Shown one piece after another: positions 45,739-56,203 of a DNA stretch of 64,000 nt; positions within the stretch are counted from its first letter, which is position 1; every line of letters begins with the position of its first letter. The stretch spans positions 2,870-66,869 of the forward strand of contig CAMUFJ010000007.1 of assembly GCA_947088135.1 (NCBI GenBank). Reading direction: 5' to 3'. A model generated the notes under the pieces. That model saw only the letters and a list, made by a program, of their open reading frames with translations, was not told where the DNA came from and made no database searches. This DNA is from an uncultured Clostridia bacterium. GTDB lineage: Bacteria; Bacillota; Clostridia; Christensenellales; Borkfalkiaceae. A program made the translations under genes and the position numbers.

Positions 45739-46911
45739 ATGAATTACAGAGAGGAATCGTTAAAGAAGCACGGCGAATGGAAGGGAAAAATCGAGGTGGT
45801 TTCCCGCGTGGAAGTGGATTCCCGCGAAAAACTCTCCCTTGCCTATACCCCCGGCGTTGCCGAGCCCTGCCTTGCTATCCAAAAGGACAAAGATAAGAGT
45901 TTCGAGCTCACCCGCCGCTGGAACACCGTTCCGGTGATTACGGACGGCACGGCGGTTCTGGGGCTGGGCGACGTCGGCCCGGAGGCGGGTATGCCCGTCA
46001 TGGAAGGCAAGTGCGCGCTCTTCAAAGCGTTCGGCGGGGTAGACGCCTTTCCGCTCTGTATCCGTTCTAAGGATGCGGAGGAAATTATCCGTACGATCAA
46101 GCTGTTGGAGGGCTCGTTCGGCGGAATCAACCTCGAAGACATTTCCGCGCCCCGCTGTTTTGAAATCGAGCGCAGGCTGAAAGCGGAGCTTGAAATTCCC
46201 GTTTTCCACGACGATCAGCACGGTACGGCGATCGTCATGGCGGCGGCGCTCTTCAATGCGCTTAAACTCGTCGGGAAAAGGGCGGAGGAGTTGAAAATCG
46301 TTATAAACGGCGCGGGGGCGGCGGGGATCTCCATTGCCCGTTTTCTCCTGCGTCTGGGTTGCCGCGACATGATTTTGTGCGACAAGCAGGGAATCCTCTG
46401 CGAGGGGGATAAGAGCCTGAATGCGGAGCAGGCGGAAATTGCAAAGCTTACCAACCGCACTTTTATAAAGGGAACTCTTTCCGAAGCAATGAAGGGCGCG
46501 GACGTATTCGTGGGCGTATCGGTCGCAAACTGCGTGAGCAAGGATATGGTGCGCTCCATGGCGGAAAAACCCATTGTGTTTACCTGCGCAAATCCCGTGC
46601 CCGAAATTTCCCGCGAGGACGCGTTGGAGGCGGGCGCGGCGGTCGTGGGGACGGGTTCTTCCGAAAAGCCCAACCAAATCAACAACGTACTCGTTTTTCC
46701 CGGGCTCTTCCGCGGAGCCTTGGACGTGCGCGCGAGCGATATCAACTTCGAGATGATGCGCGCGGCAAGCGAGGCGATCGCCTCCTGCGTGAGCGCCAGC
46801 GAGCTTTCGCCCGACTATATTCTGCCGTATGCATATGAGCTCCGCGCGCATCAAGCGGTGGCAAGGGCGGTCGCGGAAGCGGCAAGAAGAACGGGCGTCG
46901 CAAAAAAATAA
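45739..46911 (+). CDS. NAD(P)-dependent malic enzyme (short, 390-aa type)
   Basis: LAYTPGVAEPC, ITDGTAVLGLGD, FHDDQHGTAIV, NGAGAAGI and VFPGLFRGALD are typical of malate-oxidoreductase (decarboxylating) enzymes. Confidence 0.88.
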   Translation: MNYREESLKKHGEWKGKIEVVSRVEVDSREKLSLAYTPGVAEPCLAIQKDKDKSFELTRRWNTVPVITDGTAVLGLGDVGPEAGMPVMEGKCALFKAFGGVDAFPLCIRSKDAEEIIRTIKLLEGSFGGINLEDISAPRCFEIERRLKAELEIPVFHDDQHGTAIVMAAALFNALKLVGKRAEELKIVINGAGAAGISIARFLLRLGCRDMILCDKQGILCEGDKSLNAEQAEIAKLTNRTFIKGTLSEAMKGADVFVGVSVANCVSKDMVRSMAEKPIVFTCANPVPEISREDALEAGAAVVGTGSSEKPNQINNVLVFPGLFRGALDVRASDINFEMMRAASEAIASCVSASELSPDYILPYAYELRAHQAVARAVAEAARRTGVAKK

Positions 46912-46943
46912 AAAATATAATCGGTTAAATCCGCGTCAAACAT

Positions 46944-46972
46944 TTGACTAAATTCGTGAAAGCAGTTACAAT
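46944..46972 (+). promoter_or_regulatory. Sigma-A-type promoter upstream of prs
   Basis: TTGACT-17 nt-TACAAT. Confidence 0.55.
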
Positions 46973-47060
46973 GAAATAAGTAAGCTCAGCCGAAGAGTTA
47001 CGAAACTGAATTTTGCGGTTTTGCTTGCAAATGCGAAAGAAATTCGAGGAAAATCGGGTT

Positions 47061-48014
47061 ATGATCACACACGGAAACGAAATCAAGCTGTTTGCGGGCA
47101 ATTCCAACCGTCCTTTGGCTGAAGCGATTGCAAAGCGTCTGAACACTGCGCTCGGCGAGGTCGAGGTCGGCAAGTTTTCGGACGGGGAAACGAGCGTTCA
47201 TATCGGCGAAACGGTGCGCGGACGGGATTTATTCATTATCCAGTCCACGTCTTATCCCGTAAACGACAATCTCATGGAGCTTCTCATCATGATCGACGCC
47301 GCAAAGCGCGCGTCGGCAGGGCGCGTCACGGCGGTAATGCCTTATTTCGGATATGCCCGTCAGGATAGGAAAGCGCGCTCGCGCGATCCGATCACCGCAA
47401 AGCTGGTGGCGGAACTGCTCACTTCGGCAGGCGCGGACCGCGTTCTTACAATGGATTTGCACGCCGCGCAAATTCAGGGATTTTTCAATATTCCCGTAGA
47501 TAATTTGTTGGGCGGACCCATGCTTTACAATTATTTCGCAAAGATGATGCAAGCGGACGACAGTTTTATCGTCGTATCCCCCGATATCGGAAGCGTAAAC
47601 CGCGCCCGTAAGGTGGCGGAACGCTTGAATTGCCCCATGGCGATCATCGACAAACGCCGTCCCAAGGCGAACGTGATGGAGGTCATGAATATCATCGGAA
47701 ACGTTCAGGGCAAGAAGTGCTTGCTCGTAGACGACATGATCGACACGGGCGGAACGATCGTTCAGGGCGCGCAGGCGCTTGTGGACGCGGGGGCGAAGAA
47801 TATTTTCGCCTGCTGTACGCACGCGGTTTTGTCCGGCCCTGCAATCGAGCGTATTGAAAAATCTCCCATCGAGGAGCTTGTCATGCTTGATACGGTTTCC
47901 CTTCCCGAGAGCAAAAAGCTCGACAAAATCAAAATTTTGTCCTCGGCGGATCTCTTTGCCGCGGCAATCGAGAACGTGTATCTCGATAAGCCTATGAGCA
48001 AAATTTACGACTGA
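47061..48014 (+). CDS. prs: Ribose-phosphate pyrophosphokinase
   Basis: ATG at 47061 follows GAGGA. Motifs include [40 protein letters not shown] and [11 protein letters not shown]. Confidence 0.92.
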   Translation: MITHGNEIKLFAGNSNRPLAEAIAKRLNTALGEVEVGKFSDGETSVHIGETVRGRDLFIIQSTSYPVNDNLMELLIMIDAAKRASAGRVTAVMPYFGYARQDRKARSRDPITAKLVAELLTSAGADRVLTMDLHAAQIQGFFNIPVDNLLGGPMLYNYFAKMMQADDSFIVVSPDIGSVNRARKVAERLNCPMAIIDKRRPKANVMEVMNIIGNVQGKKCLLVDDMIDTGGTIVQGAQALVDAGAKNIFACCTHAVLSGPAIERIEKSPIEELVMLDTVSLPESKKLDKIKILSSADLFAAAIENVYLDKPMSKIYD

Positions 48015-48076
48015 TAACGGTATGATTTACTTGCCGCCGCTTCTCACGCGGCGGTCGTTTTTTCGGAATAAAGGCT

Positions 48077-48640
48077 ATGTTTTTGATTGTGGGGCTCGGC
48101 AATCCCGAGCAAAAGTATTTTAAAACGTATCATAATTTGGGCTATCTTGCCGCAGGCGACGCCGCGGAGCTTTTGGGCGTCAAATTCAAGAAAAAGGAAT
48201 GCGAGGCAAGCGTTGCGGAGGGGTATCTCGGCGGCGAAAAGGTAATTATCGCCCGCCCGCTTACCTATATGAACGCTTCGGGAAGAGCGGTTAAACAGCT
48301 CGTCGCAAAATATAAAATCAACAAAGACGAACTTGTCGTGCTCTACGACGATTACGATATTCCCAAAGGAAGCGTGCGCATTCGTTCCGCAGGCAGTGCG
48401 GGTACGCACAACGGAATGCGTTCGGTGATCGCCGAGCTCGGCTTTTCCGATTTTGCGCGCATCCGCCTCGGGATCCGTGACCCCGAAATCGATATTCCCA
48501 TTTTAAATTACGTGTTGGCGGACGTTCGTGAAGCCGACTACGATACCTATTCTTCCGCCTGTAAAAGAGCCGCGGAGGCGGCGATTTTGCTTGCCCGCGG
48601 GGAGAAAATCGATATTGTCATGGGTAAATTTAACTCTTAG
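48077..48640 (+). CDS. pth: Peptidyl-tRNA hydrolase
   Basis: LIVGLGNPEQKY..TYHNLGY and GTHNGMRS motifs. The conserved prs-pth-mfd neighbourhood supports the call. Confidence 0.92.
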   Translation: MFLIVGLGNPEQKYFKTYHNLGYLAAGDAAELLGVKFKKKECEASVAEGYLGGEKVIIARPLTYMNASGRAVKQLVAKYKINKDELVVLYDDYDIPKGSVRIRSAGSAGTHNGMRSVIAELGFSDFARIRLGIRDPEIDIPILNYVLADVREADYDTYSSACKRAAEAAILLARGEKIDIVMGKFNS

Positions 48641-48703
48641 TTTTTTATTTGCGCTTTTCCTCGTGGGCGCATGGATCATTATCATAAATAAACTTGATAC
48701 GCA

Positions 48704-51700
48704 ATGAGTTTTTTTCGTTTTGACAATTTAAACGGAGAGTTTCCCGCTCTCGGTACGGATCTCCGCCGCGGCGTTCCTGCGGCGGTTTTCGGCGTTTCCG
48801 ACGCGGAAAAATATTTCATTGCTTCGCTTGCCGAGGGGCGGTCGGTTTATATCGCCGCCGACGCGCTTTCGGCGCGCAGGGCGCACGCCGCCATTTCCGC
48901 GCTTTCGGGCAAAAAATGCACGCTTCTTTGCGCCAAGGACGAGGTGTTAACCTATCGCAAAGCGGGTTCTAAGGACAGTTTATACCGCCGTCTTACCGCG
49001 CTTTACGAATGGCAGGAGGGCGCTGAGGCGCTTGTTGCCGACGTTGAGGCGGTCGTTCAGCTCGCGCCCCGAAAGCTGCGCGTTTTTAAGCTGAAAGCCG
49101 GCGGAGAAACGGATATGCGGGCTCTCGTTGAGGAGCTTGTTTCGGCGGGCTATACCCGCGAATACACGGTGGACGGAAAGGGCGCGTTTTCCGTTCGCGG
49201 AGATATTCTCGACATTTATCCCATCAATTGCGAACACCCCGTGCGCGTGGATTTTTTCGGCGACGAGGTGGAGAGTATCAAACCGTACGACGAGGTGACG
49301 GGGGAACGCTATCCGCTCCTTTCTACGCTCGATATCGTCGCGGCAACGGACGCGCTGTTGGAGGAAGGCGAGGAGGATAGACTGAAAAAATTGTTATCCG
49401 CCGAGCTGTCCCGCGCGCAAAACGCCGAGGCTTACGCGCGATTGCAAACGGTGATTTCCGATTTGGAAGCGGGCGGCTACCGCTCCGACTTTTTGTTGCC
49501 CGTTCTCTCGAATTCCTGTTCTTTCCTTTCGCTCGCGGGAGAAGAAACGCTGTTCCTGTTCGACGAATGCAAGCAGATCAAGGATAAATTCGACGGGCTT
49601 TACAAGGAGCACTGGGAACGGTTCTCCATGTTGCGGGAAAAAGGGGAGGCGCTCAGTTTCTCGGGCGAGCAGTATCTTCCGCCCGAAGAATTTTCCTTTA
49701 CGGGTCGGCGCGCGCTTTCGCTGGCGTCCTTCATCGGGCAGACGTACTTTTTCTCGCCCATGAAGTCGTACAATTTCACTTCCGCGCCCGTACACCGCTA
49801 CTTAAACAACTTGCCCGAGCTCTTTACCGATTTGCGGAATTGGGGCAAGACGGGTTATCGCGTCATACTTTGGTGCGGCACGCCCGAGCGGGCGCAGAAA
49901 ATGCGCGACGAACTACTCGACAATTACTTCCCCGTTGTTCCGCTTCCCGATCGCTTGGAGAAGCTCGACGGGATCGCGGTGCTCGAAGGGGAGCTTGCAA
50001 ACGGATTTTTATTGCACGGGTGCAAACTCGCGGTCATCGGAACGCAGGAGCTTTACACCAAGGCCGCCGCGCCCAAACGCGTGAAAAAGCGCAGGGGAGA
50101 TTTATTCCTCGCGCCCGAGATCGGTGATTACGCCGTACACGAGAAATACGGCGTCGGCAAGATCACGGGCACGAAAAAGATAGAAACGACTGACGGCGTA
50201 AAGGAATACGTCGCGCTTGCCTATAAAGACGGGGACTGCCTGTACGTGCCCGTCGAACAGATGGACGTGCTCTCCAAATACATGGGCGGAGACGATCCTG
50301 CGCTTTCCAAAATCGGCGGTGGGGAATTCGAGCGGGTAAAGGCGCGCGTGCGTGCGTCGCTCAAAAAAATGGCGTTCGACTTGAAACAGCTTTACGCCGA
50401 ACGGCGGGAGCAAAAGGGTTACGCCTTTCCCGAATATCCCGAGCTCATGGACGAATTTGCCGCCGCATTCCCTTACGAGGAAACACCGGACCAACTCGCT
50501 TCCTTCGAGGAGATCAAGGAGGATATGTGCAGTACCAAAGTTATGGATCGGCTTCTCTGCGGGGACGTGGGGTTCGGGAAAACGGAAGTGGCTCTCCGTG
50601 CCGCCTATCTTTGCGTACTTGCGGGAAGGCAGGTCGCGCTCATGTGTCCGTCTACGGTGCTTTCCGAACAGCACTTTCAAACGGCGAAGGCGCGCATGGC
50701 GGATTTCGGCGTGCGCATCGCGTCGTTGAACCGATTCCGCACCGAGCGGGAACAAACCGCAACGCTGAGTAAACTTGAAAGGGGCGATATCGACCTTTTG
50801 ATCGGGACGCATCGGCTCTTATCCAAGGACGTTAAATTTCACGATTTGGGCTTGCTCATTCTCGATGAGGAACAGCGGTTCGGCGTGGAGCACAAGGAAA
50901 AAATCAAAAACTACAAACGGGACGTGGACTGTTTGACCATGACGGCCACGCCCATTCCCCGCACCCTGCACCTTTCCCTTTCGGGAATCCGCGACATCTC
51001 CACCATACAGACTCCTCCGAACGCCCGCCTGCCCGTGCAGACTTACGTCGCCGAGGAAACGGAAGCGCTTGTTCGCGACGCTTGCGTGCGCGAGATCGCC
51101 CGAGGCGGACAGATTTTCCTGCTGTATAACCGCGTGGAAAGCATTCACGCATATGCGAACCAAATCGCACGGATCGTGCCCGAGGCGCGGGTGACGGTTG
51201 CGCACGGGCGCATGGAAAAAAACGAGCTTGAAAAAAACGTGTTCTCCTTTTACCGCGGGGAATACGACGTGCTCGTCACCACCACGATCATTGAAAACGG
51301 AATCGATCTCCCCAATGCGAATACGCTCATCGTCATCGATTCCGACCGTTTGGGCATTTCCCAGCTCTACCAGCTCAGGGGACGGGTGGGACGCGGCGCA
51401 CGTCTTGCGCACGCCTATTTCACCTATAAGCCCGAGAGAATCATGACGGAAACCGCCGCGGAACGGCTTAAAGCGATCATGCAGTTTACGGAGCTTGGAA
51501 GCGGGTTCAAAATCGCCATGCGCGATTTGGAGATCCGCGGCGCGGGCAACGTGCTCGGCGCGGAACAGCACGGGCATATGGATAAAGTCGGCTACGAACT
51601 CTACGCCAAGATTCTCAAAGAGGAGCTCACGGGAGAAAGGCAGGAGAGCGTCGATCTCGATATCAAAGCGACCGCCTATATCCCCGAAAGCTACGTGGAG

Positions 51701-52090
51701 TCCAACGCGGGCAGAATGGACTGCTATAAGCAAATCGCCGAGATCCGAAACGCGGCGGATTACAAACGGGTTTGTATTTCCTTGGAAGAAGCGTACGGGC
51801 CGCTTCCGATGGAAACGCGCAACCTGCTCGTGATCGCCGTGTTAAAGACCTATGCGTCGCGTTTCGGCGTAACCAAGGTCGCCGTAGACAAGAAAGGGGG
51901 TGCGCTTACGTTTGCATCTTTAAAGGCGCTCGGCGCGGAATCGCTCTCCGCGGCAATGGAGAAATTCGGGCGTTTCATCTCCCTCGATATGACGAGCGCG
52001 CCCGTCGTTCGTTTCGTCGCGCAGGCGGACGGAGGAAAAACCTTGTTGCTGATGGCGAAATTTCTTAAATTTGCGGCAACTTTTACTTGA
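48704..52090 (+). CDS. mfd: Transcription-repair coupling factor
   Basis: 1,128 aa with a CarD-like segment (GDYAVHEKYGVGK) and SF2 helicase motifs (GDVGFGKTEVA, LILDEEQRFGV, TATPIPRTL, QLRGRVGR). The C-terminal TRCF domain context fits. Confidence 0.93.
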   Translation: MSFFRFDNLNGEFPALGTDLRRGVPAAVFGVSDAEKYFIASLAEGRSVYIAADALSARRAHAAISALSGKKCTLLCAKDEVLTYRKAGSKDSLYRRLTALYEWQEGAEALVADVEAVVQLAPRKLRVFKLKAGGETDMRALVEELVSAGYTREYTVDGKGAFSVRGDILDIYPINCEHPVRVDFFGDEVESIKPYDEVTGERYPLLSTLDIVAATDALLEEGEEDRLKKLLSAELSRAQNAEAYARLQTVISDLEAGGYRSDFLLPVLSNSCSFLSLAGEETLFLFDECKQIKDKFDGLYKEHWERFSMLREKGEALSFSGEQYLPPEEFSFTGRRALSLASFIGQTYFFSPMKSYNFTSAPVHRYLNNLPELFTDLRNWGKTGYRVILWCGTPERAQKMRDELLDNYFPVVPLPDRLEKLDGIAVLEGELANGFLLHGCKLAVIGTQELYTKAAAPKRVKKRRGDLFLAPEIGDYAVHEKYGVGKITGTKKIETTDGVKEYVALAYKDGDCLYVPVEQMDVLSKYMGGDDPALSKIGGGEFERVKARVRASLKKMAFDLKQLYAERREQKGYAFPEYPELMDEFAAAFPYEETPDQLASFEEIKEDMCSTKVMDRLLCGDVGFGKTEVALRAAYLCVLAGRQVALMCPSTVLSEQHFQTAKARMADFGVRIASLNRFRTEREQTATLSKLERGDIDLLIGTHRLLSKDVKFHDLGLLILDEEQRFGVEHKEKIKNYKRDVDCLTMTATPIPRTLHLSLSGIRDISTIQTPPNARLPVQTYVAEETEALVRDACVREIARGGQIFLLYNRVESIHAYANQIARIVPEARVTVAHGRMEKNELEKNVFSFYRGEYDVLVTTTIIENGIDLPNANTLIVIDSDRLGISQLYQLRGRVGRGARLAHAYFTYKPERIMTETAAERLKAIMQFTELGSGFKIAMRDLEIRGAGNVLGAEQHGHMDKVGYELYAKILKEELTGERQESVDLDIKATAYIPESYVESNAGRMDCYKQIAEIRNAADYKRVCISLEEAYGPLPMETRNLLVIAVLKTYASRFGVTKVAVDKKGGALTFASLKALGAESLSAAMEKFGRFISLDMTSAPVVRFVAQADGGKTLLLMAKFLKFAATFT

Positions 52091-52198
52091 TTTTCACGTA
52101 AAAAGAATTGCACGATTGACGAAAATAAGGTATAATAATGAGAGTGCATGGTGCGGGATTTTCCGCAAACAGTCAATTCACGGCATCGGAGTGATTTC

Positions 52199-54325
52199 AT
52201 GAAGAAGAAAAAAACAGCGATCATAGCGTTAGCGGTTGCGGCAAGCTTGGCTTGCGGCACTCTTGCAGGGTGCGATCTTATTACCACGGATCCCCATAAA
52301 GATTACGCGCAGACGATCGCTACCGTAGATATCAGCAAGAGCGAAATTTTTCAAACGGGCGAGTTCAAAGATTACAAGAGCGTCATTAAGCCCGCGGATA
52401 TCATCAAGCGGGATATGATCGCATCGTTCGTTTCCAGCGGCTATTCTGCAATGAATTCTTACGGTTGGACGTACGAAGATACCTTCAAGGCGATCAGCGA
52501 GAGCCTTGTCAACCGCCAGCTTACCATTCAGTACGCCATGGCATACATTCTCAAATACGAGGAAGGGAAAGAAGACGGTCGCAACATTGCGGATTATGAA
52601 GCCGCCGTTGCGGGCAAGACGGATTTCGACGCGAAGCTCGCGGGGCTTGCGTATTTCCTCGACGAGCCCGAAGAGAAACAGGCGTTGTACAAGACTCGCG
52701 TGCTCTTCAACAATACTTTGGATTCGCAGGAGAAAAGCATCATCAAGGAAGACGAGGATTCCTCTTCCTCCACGGATACGGTGCGTACGTTGCCTTCGGG
52801 CGTGAATTCCTCGAACAGCGATTATTTCGACGAAACTTACAAGATTTACACTGCGGTGGGCGACGCCAAAAAGGGCGGGCTTGCTTCCGCTTGCGGATCT
52901 TACGAAACCGTAAAGGGTTCCTCGCCCTATACCCGAAAAAGGGCGTACAACAAGTTTCTTGCAAGCCTTCGCCAAAACGATTTGCTTTTCAGCGACGAGG
53001 ACACGACGGATTTCGAGGGGCTCACCTACTTTAAAATCGAGCTCGTATCCGCTTACGAGTCAGCGATCATCAACAAGCTTTCCGATTTGTACGAGGAAGT
53101 CGCCGAAGCAAGCCTGAACGCGGAATACTTGCAGAACTATTACGAGGAACTTCGTGCGACGCAAGAGGACACCTTCAATGCGGAGGGCGGAAGATCGACG
53201 TTCGAATCAGCGCTTGACAAAGTTTCGGATACCTCCTTCCTGCTCGCTTCTCCCCGTTCCGACGGTGCGGAGAGCGCAACTCCCAACAAGTACGGATACG
53301 TCATCAATATTCTGCTCCCGTTCAGCAAGACGCAGACGGCGAAGCTCAACGCTTTCAATGCAGATTACGGCGATAAAAACGGCAACTCCTTCGCTCAGCG
53401 CGCTAAGCTTTTGAAGGAAGTGCAGGCGACCGATCAGCGTGCAAGTTGGTTCACGGGCGAAACCGACCACGGCTTCGAATATAAAGATATCATCGCCGAC
53501 GCCTATACGGGCGGAAACAGCGACAGAACGTATCTCTTCTTCGAGGACAGTCTCACGGGCAACGATAAATACGAGCCCATGACCAAGTACTACGGCAAGT
53601 ACACCTACAACGGCACGGTCACGAAAGACGCCGACGGCGATTACGTCGTCAAACCCAAAAAAATCGAGATCGACAAGTTCATGGACGAAATGGAGGGATA
53701 CCTTACTTTCGCGGGTTTGACCGTTGAAAAGGGCGTTAAGACCGCAAACTACTACGACAGAAGCGTTGCCGACTATTACAAGGATAAAAACGTAGAAGCA
53801 GGCAAAGTCGATTATGCGAGCTTCGTTTACTACGCGGGCAAGGTTGCTATCAGCGATTACGACGTAGACAAGATTTTTGTAGACGGCACGGACGAGAACA
53901 AGGCGTTCTCCGTCATAAACGAACTTTCCTTTGCATACAATACCGATACGGCGGGCTTGAATCCTTACTACGGCTATTCGGTGGTAACGGGCAAAACGAG
54001 CTTTGTCAGCGAGTTCGAATATGCGGCGCAGCTTGCATGCAGAGAAGGGGCGGGTTCCTACGTGGTAGCGCCTTCCGACTACGGTTGGCATATCATCTAC
54101 TGTACGTTCGTGTTCGACGGCGGCGCGCCGTTCACCTTCAAGGAAGCGGAAATGGAAACGGAGGGAACTTTCTCGTATCATTTGTACGAAGCGGTGAAAT
54201 CCTCCGTTGTGGATAAATACAGTTCCAACCAGCAGGCGGAAATTTTGAGCGCGTACAGCAATTCTACCTGCACGACCATTTATGAGGAACGCTATTCCGA
54301 TTTATTCGAGCTTGATAATTTGTAA
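52199..54325 (+). CDS. Large lipoprotein with a C-terminal parvulin-type peptidyl-prolyl isomerase-like domain (PrsA/SurA-like foldase)
   Basis: ATG at 52199 gives MKKKKTAIIALAVAASLACGTLAGC (lipobox). The C-terminal SDYGWHIIYC resembles the rotamase signature. The position after mfd is typical for Clostridia. Confidence 0.65.
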   Translation: MKKKKTAIIALAVAASLACGTLAGCDLITTDPHKDYAQTIATVDISKSEIFQTGEFKDYKSVIKPADIIKRDMIASFVSSGYSAMNSYGWTYEDTFKAISESLVNRQLTIQYAMAYILKYEEGKEDGRNIADYEAAVAGKTDFDAKLAGLAYFLDEPEEKQALYKTRVLFNNTLDSQEKSIIKEDEDSSSSTDTVRTLPSGVNSSNSDYFDETYKIYTAVGDAKKGGLASACGSYETVKGSSPYTRKRAYNKFLASLRQNDLLFSDEDTTDFEGLTYFKIELVSAYESAIINKLSDLYEEVAEASLNAEYLQNYYEELRATQEDTFNAEGGRSTFESALDKVSDTSFLLASPRSDGAESATPNKYGYVINILLPFSKTQTAKLNAFNADYGDKNGNSFAQRAKLLKEVQATDQRASWFTGETDHGFEYKDIIADAYTGGNSDRTYLFFEDSLTGNDKYEPMTKYYGKYTYNGTVTKDADGDYVVKPKKIEIDKFMDEMEGYLTFAGLTVEKGVKTANYYDRSVADYYKDKNVEAGKVDYASFVYYAGKVAISDYDVDKIFVDGTDENKAFSVINELSFAYNTDTAGLNPYYGYSVVTGKTSFVSEFEYAAQLACREGAGSYVVAPSDYGWHIIYCTFVFDGGAPFTFKEAEMETEGTFSYHLYEAVKSSVVDKYSSNQQAEILSAYSNSTCTTIYEERYSDLFELDNL

Positions 54326-54336
54326 CGGTGGACTGA

Positions 54337-55161
54337 ATGGAACTTTGGGAAGCTATTTGGAAATCGATCATATTAGGTACGGTGCAGGGACTCACGGAGT
54401 TCCTGCCCGTTTCTTCAAGCGGACATTTATCGCTGTTGCAGCGCATTCTGCGGTTTAATATCAGCGACGGCTCCATGATGTTTACAAACATCATGCTTCA
54501 CGTCGGCACGCTGATCGCGGTCGTCGTCGTTTTTCGCAAAGATATCCGCGATTTGTTCCGAAAGCCGTTTAAGGTGCTTTTGATGCTCGTCGTGGCAACT
54601 ATTCCCGCGGGACTCATCGGGCTCTTGTTTAACGACAAAATCGACGCCGCGTTTGCGGGCGCGCAAGGGGTGCTGTATCTTGCAATCTGCTTTGCATTCA
54701 CCGCGCTCATGCTTCTTTTTACGGAACTCATCGCGACCCGTCGGAAAAAGCACGCGGATTTGAATTGGCTGAACACCTCGGCAATGGGCGTTATGCAGGC
54801 GTTGGCGCTTTTTCCCGGTATTTCGCGTAGCGGTTCTACCATTGCGGCAGGCACGTTCGCGGGCGCGAAGCCCGAAAAACTCGCGAAATTTTCCTTTCTC
54901 ATGAGCATTCCCGTCATTTTGGGCGGATTCGTGCTCGAAATGAAGGACGTCATTTTCCCCGGCGAGGGAAGCGCGCTCGCGTTCGGCGTCAATGAAATCG
55001 TGGGTATGGTTTTCGGCGTCGTTTTTGCGGCGGTTTCGGGGTTCTTTGCCATCAAGGTGATGCTCAAAGTAATCGGGAAAGGCAATTATAAATGGTTCTC
55101 TTTCTACCTCGTATTGCTTTCGCTTACCTGCTTCTGGCTCAACGCATTGCAAATTTTATAA
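54337..55161 (+). CDS. uppP: Undecaprenyl-diphosphate phosphatase
   Basis: GTVQGLTEFLPVSSSGHL and FPGISRSGSTI motifs, with a polytopic membrane profile. Confidence 0.92.
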   Translation: MELWEAIWKSIILGTVQGLTEFLPVSSSGHLSLLQRILRFNISDGSMMFTNIMLHVGTLIAVVVVFRKDIRDLFRKPFKVLLMLVVATIPAGLIGLLFNDKIDAAFAGAQGVLYLAICFAFTALMLLFTELIATRRKKHADLNWLNTSAMGVMQALALFPGISRSGSTIAAGTFAGAKPEKLAKFSFLMSIPVILGGFVLEMKDVIFPGEGSALAFGVNEIVGMVFGVVFAAVSGFFAIKVMLKVIGKGNYKWFSFYLVLLSLTCFWLNALQIL

Positions 55162-55226
55162 AATATTTCCGCCTCCGCGCATAAACCGAACGCAATTGCG
55201 CAAAGTAGTAGTATCGGAGGTGAAAC

Positions 55227-55379
55227 ATGAGATTAAATTGCGGCGACGTTTGTCCTAAGACGGGCTCGTACAAGGTAATCGACGGGCACGGCAACGTCAT
55301 CAATACCATTTATGTGGGCGAGGGCGAAACCATGCCTCCCACGCAGTATTCCGACTGTCATTACGAATCCGATATGTAA
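55227..55379 (+). CDS. Small 50-aa Cys-containing protein (YjzC-like flavour), absent from the ORF track because it is under 60 aa
   Basis: ATG at 55227 lies 5 nt after GGAGGTG. My translation is MRLNCGDVCPKTGSYKVIDGHGNVINTIYVGEGETMPPTQYSDCHYESDM. It fills an otherwise empty gap. Confidence 0.55.
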   Translation: MRLNCGDVCPKTGSYKVIDGHGNVINTIYVGEGETMPPTQYSDCHYESDM

Positions 55380-55537
55380 TCGGAGCATTCGGAATCTTTT
55401 ACAACCGATGAAAATAGAACGCGAACGGTTTTCCGTCCGCGTTCTTGATTTTATTACCGGATTCCTTACGGGCGGGAAAGGGAAGAACGGGGACGGGACA
55501 AACTCATATCTGAATTTCTGCAAGCATAATATAGAGC

Positions 55538-56200
55538 GTGAAAAGGTTTTTATCGAGGAGCAGACGCAGACGTGTCACCATCGTGGTTGCGCTTGTCGCT
55601 TTTCTTTTGATCGGAATCGTCGTGCTCGTGCAGCGCAACGTAACGGAGGTGTTGAAGTCCGTTTCGGAAGCGAGTATGCGTTCCATTACCACCGTCGCCG
55701 TCAACGATGCTATTTACTATACTTTGTCCGACCATATCCGTTACGAAGATCTGGTTTCCGTGGAGCGGGACGGAGAGGGGAACGTGCTCGCAATTACTTC
55801 GAACTCTCTGCAAATCAACCGCATCGCGCGCGACACCGCCTATATGTCCCAGCAAAATTTGCAGTCGATGAGCGAGGGCGGGATCGAGATCCCGCTCGGC
55901 GCGCTCACGGGCGTGGAGGCATGGGCGGGCTTCGGACCTAAAATCCAAATCAAAATCATTCCCATTTCCAACGTGGCGTGCCGTTTCGTGAGTAAGTTCG
56001 AAACGGCGGGCATCAACCAAACCAAGCATTCCATTTATTTGGAGATCGTTGCCGATATTTCCATCGTCATGCCGTCTGGCACGAGCAATTTCGCTTCGCT
56101 CACAGAGGTGCTCATCTGCGAGAGCGTGTTGCTCGGCAAGGTGCCCGATACCTATTTGCAGGCGGACATTTTCGGCGATGGCTATACGCTCGCTCCTTAA
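55538..56200 (+). CDS. yunB: Sporulation protein YunB
   Basis: GTG start. A basic N-terminus plus one TM helix is followed by a YunB-like body (ITSNSLQINRIA...IPLGALTG...KIQIKIIP...INQTKHSIYLEI). Confidence 0.7.
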   Translation: MKRFLSRSRRRRVTIVVALVAFLLIGIVVLVQRNVTEVLKSVSEASMRSITTVAVNDAIYYTLSDHIRYEDLVSVERDGEGNVLAITSNSLQINRIARDTAYMSQQNLQSMSEGGIEIPLGALTGVEAWAGFGPKIQIKIIPISNVACRFVSKFETAGINQTKHSIYLEIVADISIVMPSGTSNFASLTEVLICESVLLGKVPDTYLQADIFGDGYTLAP

Positions 56201-56203
56201 CTT

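Noticed and set aside
45413-45742. 109-aa ORF between GH51 gene 2 and the malic enzyme gene
   Set aside because: It spans a terminator, a hairpin and the malic-enzyme promoter. It has no RBS and no motif.
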